Source of the DNA: Octopus vulgaris
Lineage: Eukaryota
Direction of reading: 5' to 3'
Assembly (NCBI GenBank): GCA_951406725.2
Contig: OX597814.1
Coordinates: 35,092,001 to 35,156,000 of the forward strand
DNA: 64,000 nt
Shown here: in pieces, positions 25,288 to 37,436 of the stretch
How positions within the stretch are numbered: position 1 is the stretch's first letter
Layout of the letters: each line of letters starts with the position of its first letter
Position numbers and translations under genes: made by a program
The notes under the pieces: model-generated
The model's database searches: none
What the model was told of the DNA's origin: nothing
The model's input: the letters and a program-made list of their open reading frames with translations, nothing else

Positions 25288-25310
25288 AAGAATATTTTTA
25301 TCTATCTATC

Positions 25311-25368
<58 letters not shown>

Positions 25369-25369
<1 letters not shown>

Positions 25370-26311
25370 CTCGATCCGTGATTATGTCTTTTAATTCATT
25401 ACTTTGGGCAATGATTGGTAGGTTTGCTTTGGCAATGTTGAAGATATTCTGGTGACATGGGTTGTGTGTCACTATGAATGGTATGACTTGTTCTTGTTTT
25501 CCTCTTCCTTGGGTTGTCCTAAGTTGTTGTATGGGTATTTTTATAGCCCGCTGTATGCCATTTTTTATAAGTAGAGATGGGTATTTTTGTTTGAGCAAAA
25601 ATTATCTTAGTTCTGTTAGGCGTTTGTTCCTGATATTTGCATCTTCTATAATGGTACAAATTCTTCTGGCTAGGCAGTATGGGATGTTGCGTTTTGTATG
25701 TGGTGGATGGCACGACTTAAAATTTAGGTATTTATGTGTGTCTGTGTGTTTATAGTATATATCTGTGGTGACGGTGGTGTCTTTTTTAATTACCATTATA
25801 TCTAGGAATGGTAATTTAGTACTACTCATCTCCTTTGTAAATTGGAGAGATGGGTGTAGGTTGTTCAGGAGGATATTGAACTCTTCCAGAGTATTTAGAG
25901 ATTCTGTCCAGATTATGAAGCAATCGTCAAGGTATCTCTTCCATGCCTTTTCAATATACTTTCTAAATCCAGTGCCATAGCTTACCTCCACCTCTTGGTA
26001 GAGTTGTTGTTCTAAGTATCTCATTACAGAGTTGGCGTAAACGGGAGCAAACCTCGTTTCCATTGCCGTGCCTCTAATTTGGATGTAATTCTTTCCATTG
26101 AAGAAGAATGTGTTGTTTTCTAGAATAACAACAGAAACAAATTCAGTTTTACTAAGTTTTGATGTGGTAAGCTTCTCCACCAATATTTCACACGATTTAG
26201 GAATAAAGGCGATTAAATACTGGTTAGAAAAACATAGAGAAGTGATCCCCAGCAGATTCACAGTGCCATTTATATTAGACACAGTCAAACTTATTCTAGA
26301 AAACAACACAT
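25369..26311 (-). mobile_element. Penelope-like element RT fragment with inverted 5' segment (26129-26311 on + strand)
   Basis: Minus strand: ILENNTFFFNGKNYIQIRGTAME..APVYAN, WKRYLDDCF, LPFLDI, YYKHTDTHKYLNFKSCHPPHTKRNIPY. Plus strand: SFDVVSFSTNISHDLGIKAI..ILENNT. Confidence 0.88.
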
Positions 26312-26569
26312 GAACTAGCAAGAAAAAAATAACAACGCGAGGACGTGGAATGAGTTCAGTGTGATTGGACGCTCAGGAAAAGAAAGAAAAGAATGAGGAT
26401 TTCAAGTTTCGAGCGGAGCTCTTCATCAGCGATACAGAAAAAGTCTAAAGAAGGGAAGACGGAGAAAGAAAATCGCCAACGATACACACGCGGTCACATA
26501 ATGAAATGACTAGTAGAGAATGAGGGAAGAAAAAGTTCTTTCAAAAACAGGAGAGTGCAAGAGAAGGAG

Positions 26570-27970
26570 GTATGTGTGTATGTGTGGGTATTTGTGTGCG
26601 CAGGTCTGTGTGCATGTGTGTAATGATAGCATGTGTGTGTGTGCGTGTGCGTGGTTGTAGCTGTTTATGTACGTGTGTGGTTGGGCTTAGTATCGTTTAA
26701 GGTCATAAGAAGAATTTATAGTAAGAATTTTGGTAGGATTGGCAGCCTGTTGTGTGTCTACCTACACTTCTGCGTAGGAGAATGGTTTGCTGAAAGATGC
26801 CGGTAGTTTGAAGTATATGTGTGTGTGTGCTTTGTTTGCAGTGTGTGTGTATGTATGTATGTGTATGTACGTGTAGGTATGTGTGTACGCGTGGGGTTGT
26901 GTGTGTAGAGTAATTGTACTTTACTCTGTGTATGTGTGAGCGTGTGAGTGTATGTGTGTGTACATGTCTGTGTATGTACATGTGTATTTTGTGTGTGTGT
27001 GCATGTGTGTATGCATATATATGTGTGTTTGTGCATGTGTGTGTGAACGAGAGTTGTGTAGGGCGTATAGGTGCGTTTTTTTGCGAGTGTATGCATGTGC
27101 GCGTCTGTGTCCGTGTGTATGTGTATGTGCGTGTGTATCTGTGTGCGTATATGTATGCGTGTGTATGTGTGTGCGTGTGTGCGTATGCGAACGTATATAC
27201 GTGTATGCGTGGGGTTGTGAGTGTTAGGTATGTGTGCAATCGTGTGCATTTTTGCGTGTGTATGTGTGCGAGTGTGTGTATGTGTCTATATATGTATGCG
27301 TATGTGTATGTGTGCGTGTATGTATATATTGTGTGTGTATGTATATGTATGTGTGTATATGTGAATTTGTGTATGTGTGTGCGTGGGTTGTGTGTGGGGT
27401 TTGTATAGGCGTATATGTGCGTACCTGCGTGTATGTGCATGTGTTTCTGCCCGTGTGTATGTAATTGTGTACGTGTCTGTATCTGTATTGTGTGGGTTGG
27501 AGGTATATATGCGTACATGTGCTAGTGTGCGTATGTGTATGTACGTTTATATATGTGTGTGTGCGTGTGTGTATGTGTGTGTGTATATGTGCGTGTGTGC
27601 GTATGTATGTGCGTGTGTGCATATGTGTATGTGCGTGTTTGTGTATATGTGTGTGTGAACATGGAGATGTGTGTCGGGTTATGTGTGCATTTTGTTGCGT
27701 GTATGCGCATGTGGTTGAGTATGTATGTGTATGTGGTTATGTGTACGTGTGTACGTTTATGTCTGTGTATATATAGGTATGTTTGTGTGTGCGTGAGGTT
27801 GTATGGGTTACGTATCTGTGCATTCTTGTCCGTGTGTATATGTGCGTTTGTGCACGTGTGTGTGCGCGCATATGTGTTTGTGCGCGTGGGTGTATGTGGG
27901 TGTTTGTGTGTATGTATGTGTGCATAGGTGTGTGTGGAAGTATGTGTGTGTACGGGTGCGTGTGTTTTTT
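26570..27970. repeat. ~1.4-kb degenerate (GT/GC/AT)n alternating purine-pyrimidine tract
   Basis: Visible strand-biased GT-rich sequence that is the source of many spurious long ORFs. Confidence 0.9.
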
Positions 27971-28018
27971 GTGTGTAGCCTTGAAACCACAAGCTTTCGT
28001 TTTCAGTCTCACAGCAGG

Positions 28019-28114
28019 ATATATATATATATATATACATACGCACACACATACACATATATATAATATAATATAATATTATATATATATATATATTATA
28101 ATATAATATATATT

Positions 28115-28168
<54 letters not shown>

Positions 28169-28210
28169 CATATATATATATATATATATATTTGCATTCA
28201 AATATATACA
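28019..28210. repeat. (TA)n-dominated microsatellite
   Basis: Directly visible. Confidence 0.95.
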
Positions 28211-29619
28211 TTCATATGCGTGTGTATATTAGTGTGTGTTAGCATTATTACCATTTATTTGATATGGAGAAAGTATAATCCACCGAGTGAAATTGTTTCG
28301 TGCATTGCACGATTATCGAATAGATACACGCTAGTATTTATCTCTTGCCGAATTCACAAGTACACAATTATATATAAATGTCTATCGGCTTAGTTCATAT
28401 ATATGACAAATAACAGATATTGTTTGTACGATTTCTTTCTTTTCCTATTTACAAATAGATAAACTATTTCTCTATGGATCTTCCTGATATGTTAACGCTA
28501 TAGTAATTCTTTAGTGCGAGACTGTGAATATAAGTTAAACAGAGAACTGAAACTTGAAAAAAATTTAGATAGCAATTTATTACATCAAAGCAAGTTTTAC
28601 ATCATATGTATTTGCGAAATCGCACGTCAACATGTGAATTAAATAGCATACACTGTAGAAATAGTGTGCAGAATATACGTTTATGTTTCCATGTGAATAG
28701 AATAATGTGTGTCGTGTAAGAGATATGCGCAAATAGATAATAGTCATTGCAAGAAAATAAATTAAGTCACTGGAAGTAATTCTGTTGTGGATGGGCTAAA
28801 GTAGAATTTTATTCCTATGAAAGAAGAGCGAAATGCGAAAAAAAATAATACCTGAGACATGGGCTACTGGCTGAACAAAGAGACAAAAGCAAAGAGTTAG
28901 TCCCATTTCCTTTTGATAAGAAGCCATGCGAGCAAGAAAATAAAAGTAAAGAGCAGAAAAACAAAATATAATTATGCATCACAAACTTCTAGTCCCTGAT
29001 TAAAACAACACACTTTGCAAGTGTTAGCTAAAATGTGACTAGTCTTAATGACGTCGCTACACAACTCTCAAATCGGAACAATACTAGTCTGTCTATTTGA
29101 ATTCTTCAACATTGTGCTGTTCAGAGAATTCTCCCTCCAACTGGTATTGCTAAACATGCGCCATGATTAGATTTATGGTTGATAGTTAACTCGATACAAT
29201 GTATTCCGAGAATTAAACCCGCAAATATGATTATGAAACTACTAAAGCTAATAATGCTACTTTTCTAAAGAATTCTTTGTGGTGGCGAAACAAATTCTGA
29301 CGGCATCATACGTTCATGTTAATATTTAGAAGCAAATAAACACAGATCAAACTCCAGACCTGACCATCCAATATAACACATATTAAATCATGCAAAATGT
29401 TATGCTATTCTGGTGAGATTTATCTGGTATTTCTATCAGGTGAAACAAACATTTAGAGGATGAATCTAGTATAAAAGGTCGTATGTTTAAGAAGCACCAA
29501 TGTTTTCGTCTTCAGTAGCTCTGTGGATTTGTTGTGAAATTTCGATCTGATGTTCAATTTTACAATGACATGATATAGAATTTCTATGACACCAAAATAT
29601 TATACAGGCGCAACCGTGT

Positions 29620-29687
29620 ATACCTACCTACCTACCTACCTACCTACCTACCTACCTACCTACCTACCTACCTACCTACCTACCTAC

Positions 29688-29718
<31 letters not shown>

Positions 29719-29745
29719 CATACATACATACATACATACATACAT
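29620..29745. repeat. (TACC)n followed by (TACA)n microsatellite
   Basis: Directly visible. Confidence 0.95.
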
Positions 29746-29749
29746 AATA

Positions 29750-30004
29750 AAAATAAATGCGCCCTATTTTAAAGCCTAGCCAGGCTCCTGGGCCCGGTTT
29801 TCCGGTTTCAATGGCGTATGTGTACCCCAGCTGGGTGGGACGCCAGTCCATCGCAGCGTTACTCATTGTGCCAGCTGAGTGGACTAGAGCAACGTGAAAT
29901 GAAGTGTTTTGCTCAAGAAGACAACGCGTCGCCCGGTCCAGGAATCGAAATCACAATCTTACGATCATGATGCTGACACCCTAACCACAAAGCCACGCGC
30001 CTCC
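29750..30004 (-). mobile_element. tRNA-derived SINE family B (CORE-like)
   Basis: Minus strand reads GGAGGCGCGTGGCTTTGTGGTTAGGGTGTCAGCA..TTCGATTCCTGG..CTTGAGCAAAACACTTCATTTCACGTTGCTC..CTGCGATGGACTGGCGTCCC. A second copy lies at 35565-35814. Confidence 0.85.
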
Positions 30005-30052
30005 AAACATGCATACATACATACATACTTACATACATACATACATACATAC

Positions 30053-30165
<113 letters not shown>

Positions 30166-30767
30166 GAGAAATAGATAGATATATGTAAATGGAGGAAAGA
30201 AGTGTATTACAACGCAGGAAAGGAATATGTAGACCTGAGTTTTAAAACGTGTTGTAGTTTCTAAATTTTATAAGATATTTATTAAAATACAAAACCGGTT
30301 TCGACAATTGTTTGTTTGTCAATGGAAAATAAAAAAAGTTTAGGAGAGATTGAAGATTAAAGCTTCTTTAATAACCATATTTTGACTATCTTTATGTCCA
30401 TTGATGATTTGCTAATCGCCCTGGCTTGCATTTGGTTTAAATTTCATATGTGGTAATAGACTATAGGGGAAATTGTTTACAGAATCCCAAAACAATTCCG
30501 GAATTTGGTTTTAAACTTTTGTTGGACTGTAAATGCTCCATAGTTTTCTATATAATTTCCGGACATCGCTCTGTATTTCCTTTATGTTGGATTTGTGGTA
30601 TTGTGGTTGATTTTAGTCAACCTTGCAATAGAATTCTAATTTGTTGCGTTGATAGGGTTTTGTTTGAGTGTTTTATTGCTTTCGGAAATCTTACATTCAG
30701 TCTGTGCCACTGAGTGTCTTGCTTTCGTCCTCTATGTCTAAAAAATGTATATACACACACACACACA

Positions 30768-30834
<67 letters not shown>

Positions 30835-32422
30835 GTATGTATTTATATATAAATGCAAATATTTCATTAACTCAGATTAAACCGCTTCTAGGAGGCCTAA
30901 AATCTAAAATGACACAGGAATTAATGTAATTTGTGCATTTTCTATATTTTCCAAGAATTAAATTTAACTGTTCTTAATTGTAACTCAATGGAAAATATAG
31001 ACAATCCAGTACTAGGAGTGAGTCTGGTTTCTAAGTATGTTGGTGCAAGCAACATATATATCTGGGTTTTAAGTTTCCTTAGTGAAACGTATACGTCTCA
31101 GTCTCCAAGACTAATATTACTCAATATCATTTATCTTTTACTTGTTTCAGTCATTGTACTACAATATGCTGGGCATCGTCTTGAAAGGTTTGGTCAAGCT
31201 ACTCAACCACAATACATTTTCCTAGTCACGCCTGAATGTATAGAAATACAGGCTGTGCATCGATACTAATTATATGAACATCATGGCCGAGTCAAAATAT
31301 CTCAAATAAAATTCCTCTCAGACCAACTGAGTGGAATTTCATCTCAGAGGAATTTTATGGCGAGCTACATGGCTTTCACTAGTTTGATGAAAACTCAAAT
31401 ATCCATTCCAATTACTTTTTTTATTTACTCCAACTTCTCAATTAAATTATTTTATTAGAGTTATCTTCCTTACTAATGTTTCCACCATCCATATGCTAAT
31501 TTTGTCTCCTAATTACATGATAATTTTAGTCAATCGAAGTTATCTAAGCTATCTGCATTGTTTAGTTCACATGAAATGTGTATGGACGAAAGAAGAGAAC
31601 TGACGCCTGTTAATATAGTCAGTAACACTGTCGCCGGACTGACGTTGATACATGGTTCGTGTCCAATCAGATGAGGGACATTTTTTTTGTTTTACTACAT
31701 TGAATTAATTTCTATGTCTAATACCATTTCCATTAAACAACTTTGGCATTTCACTCACAATTTTCAAGTAAAGTTAGCAATTTTCAGTGGAACCATACAC
31801 CTCAACGGACCAAACCGACATGCCGATTTCAACTACGGTTGAACATCCAATATATCTCACTTACATCATTATACCTCTTCATTAATGCGTGGTCATCCAA
31901 TTATTAAATTCCCGTGCTTATATAAACAGTAGCACTGTGAGCTATAATAAATCAATATTGATTTACAATAATAAAAAATAACTCAACTATTAATATATAG
32001 TATAATTCAGTTTCCGATTACATAACATTGATTCGTGACGGGCTGGAGACCACTGTGTATGGCAGTGGCAAAACAAGCACTATCAGCAAAATTTGAGTTT
32101 ACGAGATATATTCAAGAACACTCGCCGGATCCACCCATACATTAGTATATTCAGTGGATGAAGACATTAAGAATTCAAATAACAAACTACCTTTAAGAGT
32201 AATTGTTCCATGCAAAAAATTTCATCTCACTCTTCGTGTATATGCATATGTAAGTACACACATACAGACGCACGCATACTATGGAATAAACTGTTCCGAA
32301 CAAACTGCAAGGAATATATATGCAAATATGAAAATTAAACAGAATATAAAAGTAGAACTTCTATAATGAAAACACATATACAGACAAAGAAGTAAGTCCG
32401 AAATCTGCCGAAATAGAGCCAG

Positions 32423-32473
32423 TCCTTACTGATGAGGCAACGGAAGTTGCCGAAAGGAAATTCAGTATAAGGA
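32423..32473 (+). ncRNA. Type I hammerhead-like motif with damaged stem III
   Basis: TCCTTA-CTGATGA-GGCAAC(ggaa)GTTGCC-GAAA-GGAAATTCAGTA-TAAGGA, with a 6-bp stem I and a 6-bp stem II closed by a GNRA loop. Confidence 0.6.
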
Positions 32474-32619
32474 ATTATTGAACGGCATTTTTCGGACGAA
32501 TATAGCCCCTGTCTGAATATATATATGCAATTATGTGCATTGACAACTGCATTAGAGCATTTTAGTTCTTATTTCTAGCAATTATAGTTTTCCTATTTGG
32601 TAAACATTGCAAAATGCTG

Positions 32620-32664
<45 letters not shown>

Positions 32665-32671
32665 TTGTGTA

Positions 32672-32924
32672 TCTGAGACCTCCTTCGGTCACGACACAGA
32701 CCATGGGATTGCACCTAGAAAGTTACCCTCCCAGGCAAGGTTGTTTATGGAAGACCAGCAATCGCCCATGCATACGAGCCTCCCTTCTCAACGCTACCGA
32801 TGTTATCCAAGGGAAAGGCAAAGGCCGATACAGCTTGGCACCTGTGACGTCGCAACTCATTTCTACAGCTGAGTGAACTGGAGCAACGTGAAATAAAGTG
32901 TCTTGCTCAAGAACACAACACGCA
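32672..32924 (-). mobile_element. SINE related to family B, head missing, different 3' part
   Basis: Shares CAGCTGAGTGAACTGGAGCAACGTGAAAT..TTGCTCAAGAACACAAC with family B copies. Confidence 0.7.
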
Positions 32925-34116
32925 TACTACTGATGTGCAGACATTTAGAGAAGGCGATTTCCAACGCACTGTCTTGACAACAGCTCATTGAGGGCGTGTC
33001 CAGTTTCCGTTTTCAATCAACAGCATATACCAGTTACGTATTTGCATTTATGAATTAGATTGGCATCATAAGCAGCAGAAATATACAAAGTAATCTACAA
33101 CAGCGCAAATGATATCAATATGAGAGAATAATCCGATTAATAAGAACAGTAGAACACTACATGTAGGTAGGATAAATAAAGATTTCAGGTAAACATGCGA
33201 TCTTATGTTTTTAGAAAACAAACTTTTAACGTCAGTGTAGGCTAACCCCATGTTTAACCCACATACTGTTTTTCCGTCTTTGCGAAGGAAAAGATGTTAT
33301 TCAGACTACTTTCAGTTTACAATGAACACGCTCAAACAAAAACGGTCACTCACTTTCTGTCCACAGAGAGAACATCAGCTTCTATCCACTTACAGTATAC
33401 ACAAGCACGGACAGGATTACATCGTTCTTCCTAATTTTCTTTCTTGCGTTTTTTATGTTTCGAAATTTCAATATATTTAGTATAATTTCATTTAAAAATG
33501 TTAATTTCTTTAAAGCGATACTTACACATCGATGTAAATTTTAACTCTTCAAGTCATCAGGTAGCCCCGATGACGTTTGTCAGGTCCTCCAAGGATATCG
33601 GTGTTTGTCAGTTAAGGAATAAAACCACAGCTTATAGATTGCTTCTGCAATAGGAAACAACGCGTCTCAAGATCCAGTATTGCATAAGTTTTTAATGTTT
33701 GCTATGAAACCCAACAGGACTAGGTAGTGATGTGAACTAGACAACGTATCAAATGTAATAATTTAAGCGTTATTTGTGGTGTTTTGTTCATCCAACAGCC
33801 AAGTATTTTAGGCAACTGAAAAACATATCAACTTGTAAGCTCCTGTTTATTATGGTCCACAATTGGAAACAAAACAAATATCATTGAACATCCTCACAAT
33901 AGAAAATCATTCCTTCTTTTATAATTATCATTTCAACATCTTGTCTGAAAAATCGAAATCGCATGCCAAAATGTGTTCACGACAGAAAATGTTTTGCAAT
34001 AAATAAAATTCAGTAGCAAAAAGAAATTCTCTGCCCGCCATCTTTGTTTTTTTTTCCTTTTTGTAAGACAATCTTACGCTGGAAATCAAATCAGTAAAGT
34101 TGAAATAAACTATGTA

Positions 34117-34132
34117 ACTACTACTACTACTG

Positions 34133-34177
<45 letters not shown>

Positions 34178-34199
34178 GTAGTAGTAGTAGTACTACTAG

Positions 34200-34268
<69 letters not shown>

Positions 34269-34310
34269 CACCACCACCACTACCACCCCACCACCCCCAC
34301 CCCCACCACC

Positions 34311-34371
<61 letters not shown>

Positions 34372-34399
34372 ATACCACCACCACTACCACCACCACTAT

Positions 34400-34433
<34 letters not shown>
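34117..34433. repeat. Compound (ACT)n/(AGT)n/(ACC)n trinucleotide microsatellite
   Basis: Directly visible; yields the spurious poly-S/G/V ORF. Confidence 0.95.
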
Positions 34434-34434
<1 letters not shown>

Positions 34435-35564
34435 GCTGTAATTTTTATTATCTTTCTCAATCTCAATGTAAATATATAATATGAGTTTCATTAACATTTA
34501 TGAAGCTGGGCTTAATTGTTTCTTTCCAACTGGATTTAATCTCTGTTTTGACGCACATCAAATTTATGTTCACTCTAAATCTTGACAATTATAATGCTGC
34601 TAATTTTTATATTTTTATCTTTCATTCAGTATGTATTGAATTTGATTTTCGTATATTCGTTGTGTAATTTTTAATGGTGTAAGATTACATAAAATTACTT
34701 TAAACTTACATATTTTTTCTTTTTGATAAATACCGCAATTTATCCCGTGTACATTGTTTAACTACTTAATAGGATAGAGTTTATATTGCTTAAGATAGAT
34801 TAAGTTGCCAGGAATTTTTATTTGCTTTAACACATAATTTCTTTCTTTTTATATTGTATAACTGTTTTGGTAAATTGTGTAATATTCTTATAATTGAATA
34901 ACTAGTAGTTATGCTGTATATGAAGGAGCTAGAAATATTTAATTTCAGGATATTATCTATGTTAAAGATGTCACGCTATATTATCATAATAAGTACATTA
35001 GTCTAGAAGCCCTAAAGAAGGTTGTTAAGAAAAAGTTTCCCGTTGTAAAACACATCATCTTCATATAAACATCTGAATGTAAACTAATACAGTTTAAATT
35101 GAGGCTGTGTTAAGTAACAATCAATATAAAAGCAAGTCTTTGCTGTAGAATGTTAGAATTATTTTCTATTCACTCTACACGAACTCGTTCTATTTTTTAA
35201 AACTTGCGAATATATTTTGTAAATAGATAAATCTCTCACCTATTACCAAATCTCTGGAATACTTGTTTCCTGTATGTACAAATATGGTTTTAAAACTCAA
35301 ATTGTTTTAGAGTTACATTTCCTGAAGAAAAATACATCTTTTATATATTTATTTAAAAGGAATTTGAAGGGAAGCTTCTTCGTTGTCACTCAGCTAAAAA
35401 TAGCCACCAAGTCATTTGTAAATCACATTCTATTATATATGAAAAGGGACGTATGAAAAAGATGAAATAGCAATAGCTAAAATTCATTTCATAGTAGAGG
35501 TGCTAAATCAGGGGTGGCATTCTATATCTGTTCAAATCGTCTACTAGTACAGTATCCTTTTTCT

Positions 35565-35814
35565 TTATGCGCCCTTTTAAAGCCTAGCCAGGCCCATGAG
35601 CCCGGTTTCCCGGTTTCAGTGGCGTATGTGTTCCCCAGCTGGACAGGACACCAGTCCATCGCAGCGTTACTCATTTTTGCTATCTGAGTGGACCGTAGCA
35701 ACGTGAAACTAAGTGTTTTTCTCAAGAATACAACGCGTCGCCCAGTCCAGGAATCGAAACCACAATCTAACGATCATGATGCTGACACCCTAACCATTAA
35801 GCCACGCGCCTCCA
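35565..35814 (-). mobile_element. SINE family B copy
   Basis: Closely similar to 29750-30004. Confidence 0.87.
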
Positions 35815-36341
35815 CACTGTATGCTTTAGTTAAACTATAATATTACTGTAACCACCTTCCATAAATTTGTGTTAACGTTAGTAGTTTTCAAAATTCGGAA
35901 CATCAAACCGTTGTTAAAGAAATGAATAAGTGAAATAATCATGCGTGTATTTATTTAACTTTTGTGAGCAAGAGAGCTGTTTGTTAGACGTTTCCAGCAA
36001 ACCAATTACTGGTTCACTGTATTTATGATTATAAGAGTAACAAGGGAACATTTGAGCAACTCGGATGGAATAAATATCACAAGAGGTTTTTTTCGGTTGA
36101 AATCATTGGATTATCGGCTTTCTCGCTGATGTATATATCTACCAGCTACACACATACATACATGCATGCATACATACATAGATACATACGTACATACGTG
36201 TGTACATGTATATATTCATGCACAAGCGCATAATGCATACATACATCGATACCTACACACATAAATACACTCAAACACACGAACACGCAAAAACATACTT
36301 ATAATGTTAGTATTAATAATAACAATAACAGGAATAACAAT

Positions 36342-36538
36342 ACTTTCTATTATAGGTACAACGCCTGAAATTTGTGGGAGTAAGATAGTCGATTACATCG
36401 ACCCGAGTACTCAACTGGTACTTAATTTATCGACCCTGAAAGGATGAAAGGTAAAGTCAACCTCGGCAGAATTTGAACTCAGAACGTAGCTAAGCATTTC
36501 GTCCAGCGTGCTAACAATTCTGCCAGCTCGCTGCCTTC
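36342..36538 (-). mobile_element. SINE family A copy (AAATTTCAGG tail variant)
   Basis: Reverse complement of the head, core and CCTGAAATTT tail. Confidence 0.85.
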
Positions 36539-36984
36539 ATAAAAGTAATAATAATGTTAATGACGATGAAGAAGAGGAGGTGGATTTCTTAATTAGTTGC
36601 GAAGATCCATGGAACACAATATAGTACAAAGGACAAAATACGTCTCTCTTCAGCAGTCTTACCGGTTTCTAGCTTGCAGGACAGGGATTCCATTCAAGTG
36701 CCGATCTTGACATATCTGTGCCTCATAAAACTAGTTGTCATACGCCGTATATCAGCTGCTGCTATCAGCTTTTCGAGTACTTCACATTTTCCATCAGCTG
36801 TAAGGCAAACCTTCAAGATAGGCAGTAAAATCCACTGCCGCCGTCTTACCGTTCACCCCGAACAATTTAGGAAAGAGCCATGGAATATTGCACAGATCTA
36901 CTTGAAATCGAACCAAGTTGCTGCCACGTTGCATCTCTTCTGTGTCCACCGAAAGACTTCCCTTCTCTCGTGCACATTAATATT

Positions 36985-37197
36985 GAGTTCAAATTTCGGC
37001 TCAAGGCCAGCAAGCTAGGGCAGGTTTCAAGTAGGTTACATCGACCGCGATGTCCAACTGGTACATATTTTATTGACCCCAAATGATGAAAAGCAAAGTC
37101 GACCTCAATGGAATTTGAACCTAGAAAGTAAAGACAGACAAAATGCCACGAAGTATTTTTCCCAGCGCGCTAACGATTCTGCCAGCTCTCCGACTTA
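36985..37197 (-). mobile_element. SINE family A copy
   Basis: AAAGTCGACCTC..GGAATTTGAAC..CTAACGATTCTGCCAGCTC. Confidence 0.82.
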
Positions 37198-37354
37198 ACG
37201 CGACAATTAATAAGATTTGAAATTAATGCATACAAGATTTTACAGCACTAGGATTACTCCTTCATAATAAACCTATTGAATTTTTTAGACCACCCGCGTA
37301 TATATTTGTGTGTGTGTGTGACAGTTTCAGGTCTTAACGCAAACACACAGTCAT

Positions 37355-37416
<62 letters not shown>

Positions 37417-37436
37417 ACAATACTCACACAAATGTA

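Noticed and set aside
30285-30745. Possible PLE remnant with a half hammerhead (GACAA..TTGTC-GAAACCGGT on the minus strand)
   Set aside because: The CTGANGA box is absent and the protein similarity is not convincing.
34110-34466. 118-aa poly-Ser/Gly/Val ORF
   Set aside because: It is a compound trinucleotide microsatellite.
36660-36980. Possible further Dong-like RT remnant on the minus strand (RCNVAATWFDFK..DIRR)
   Set aside because: The similarity is too faint to support without a profile search.
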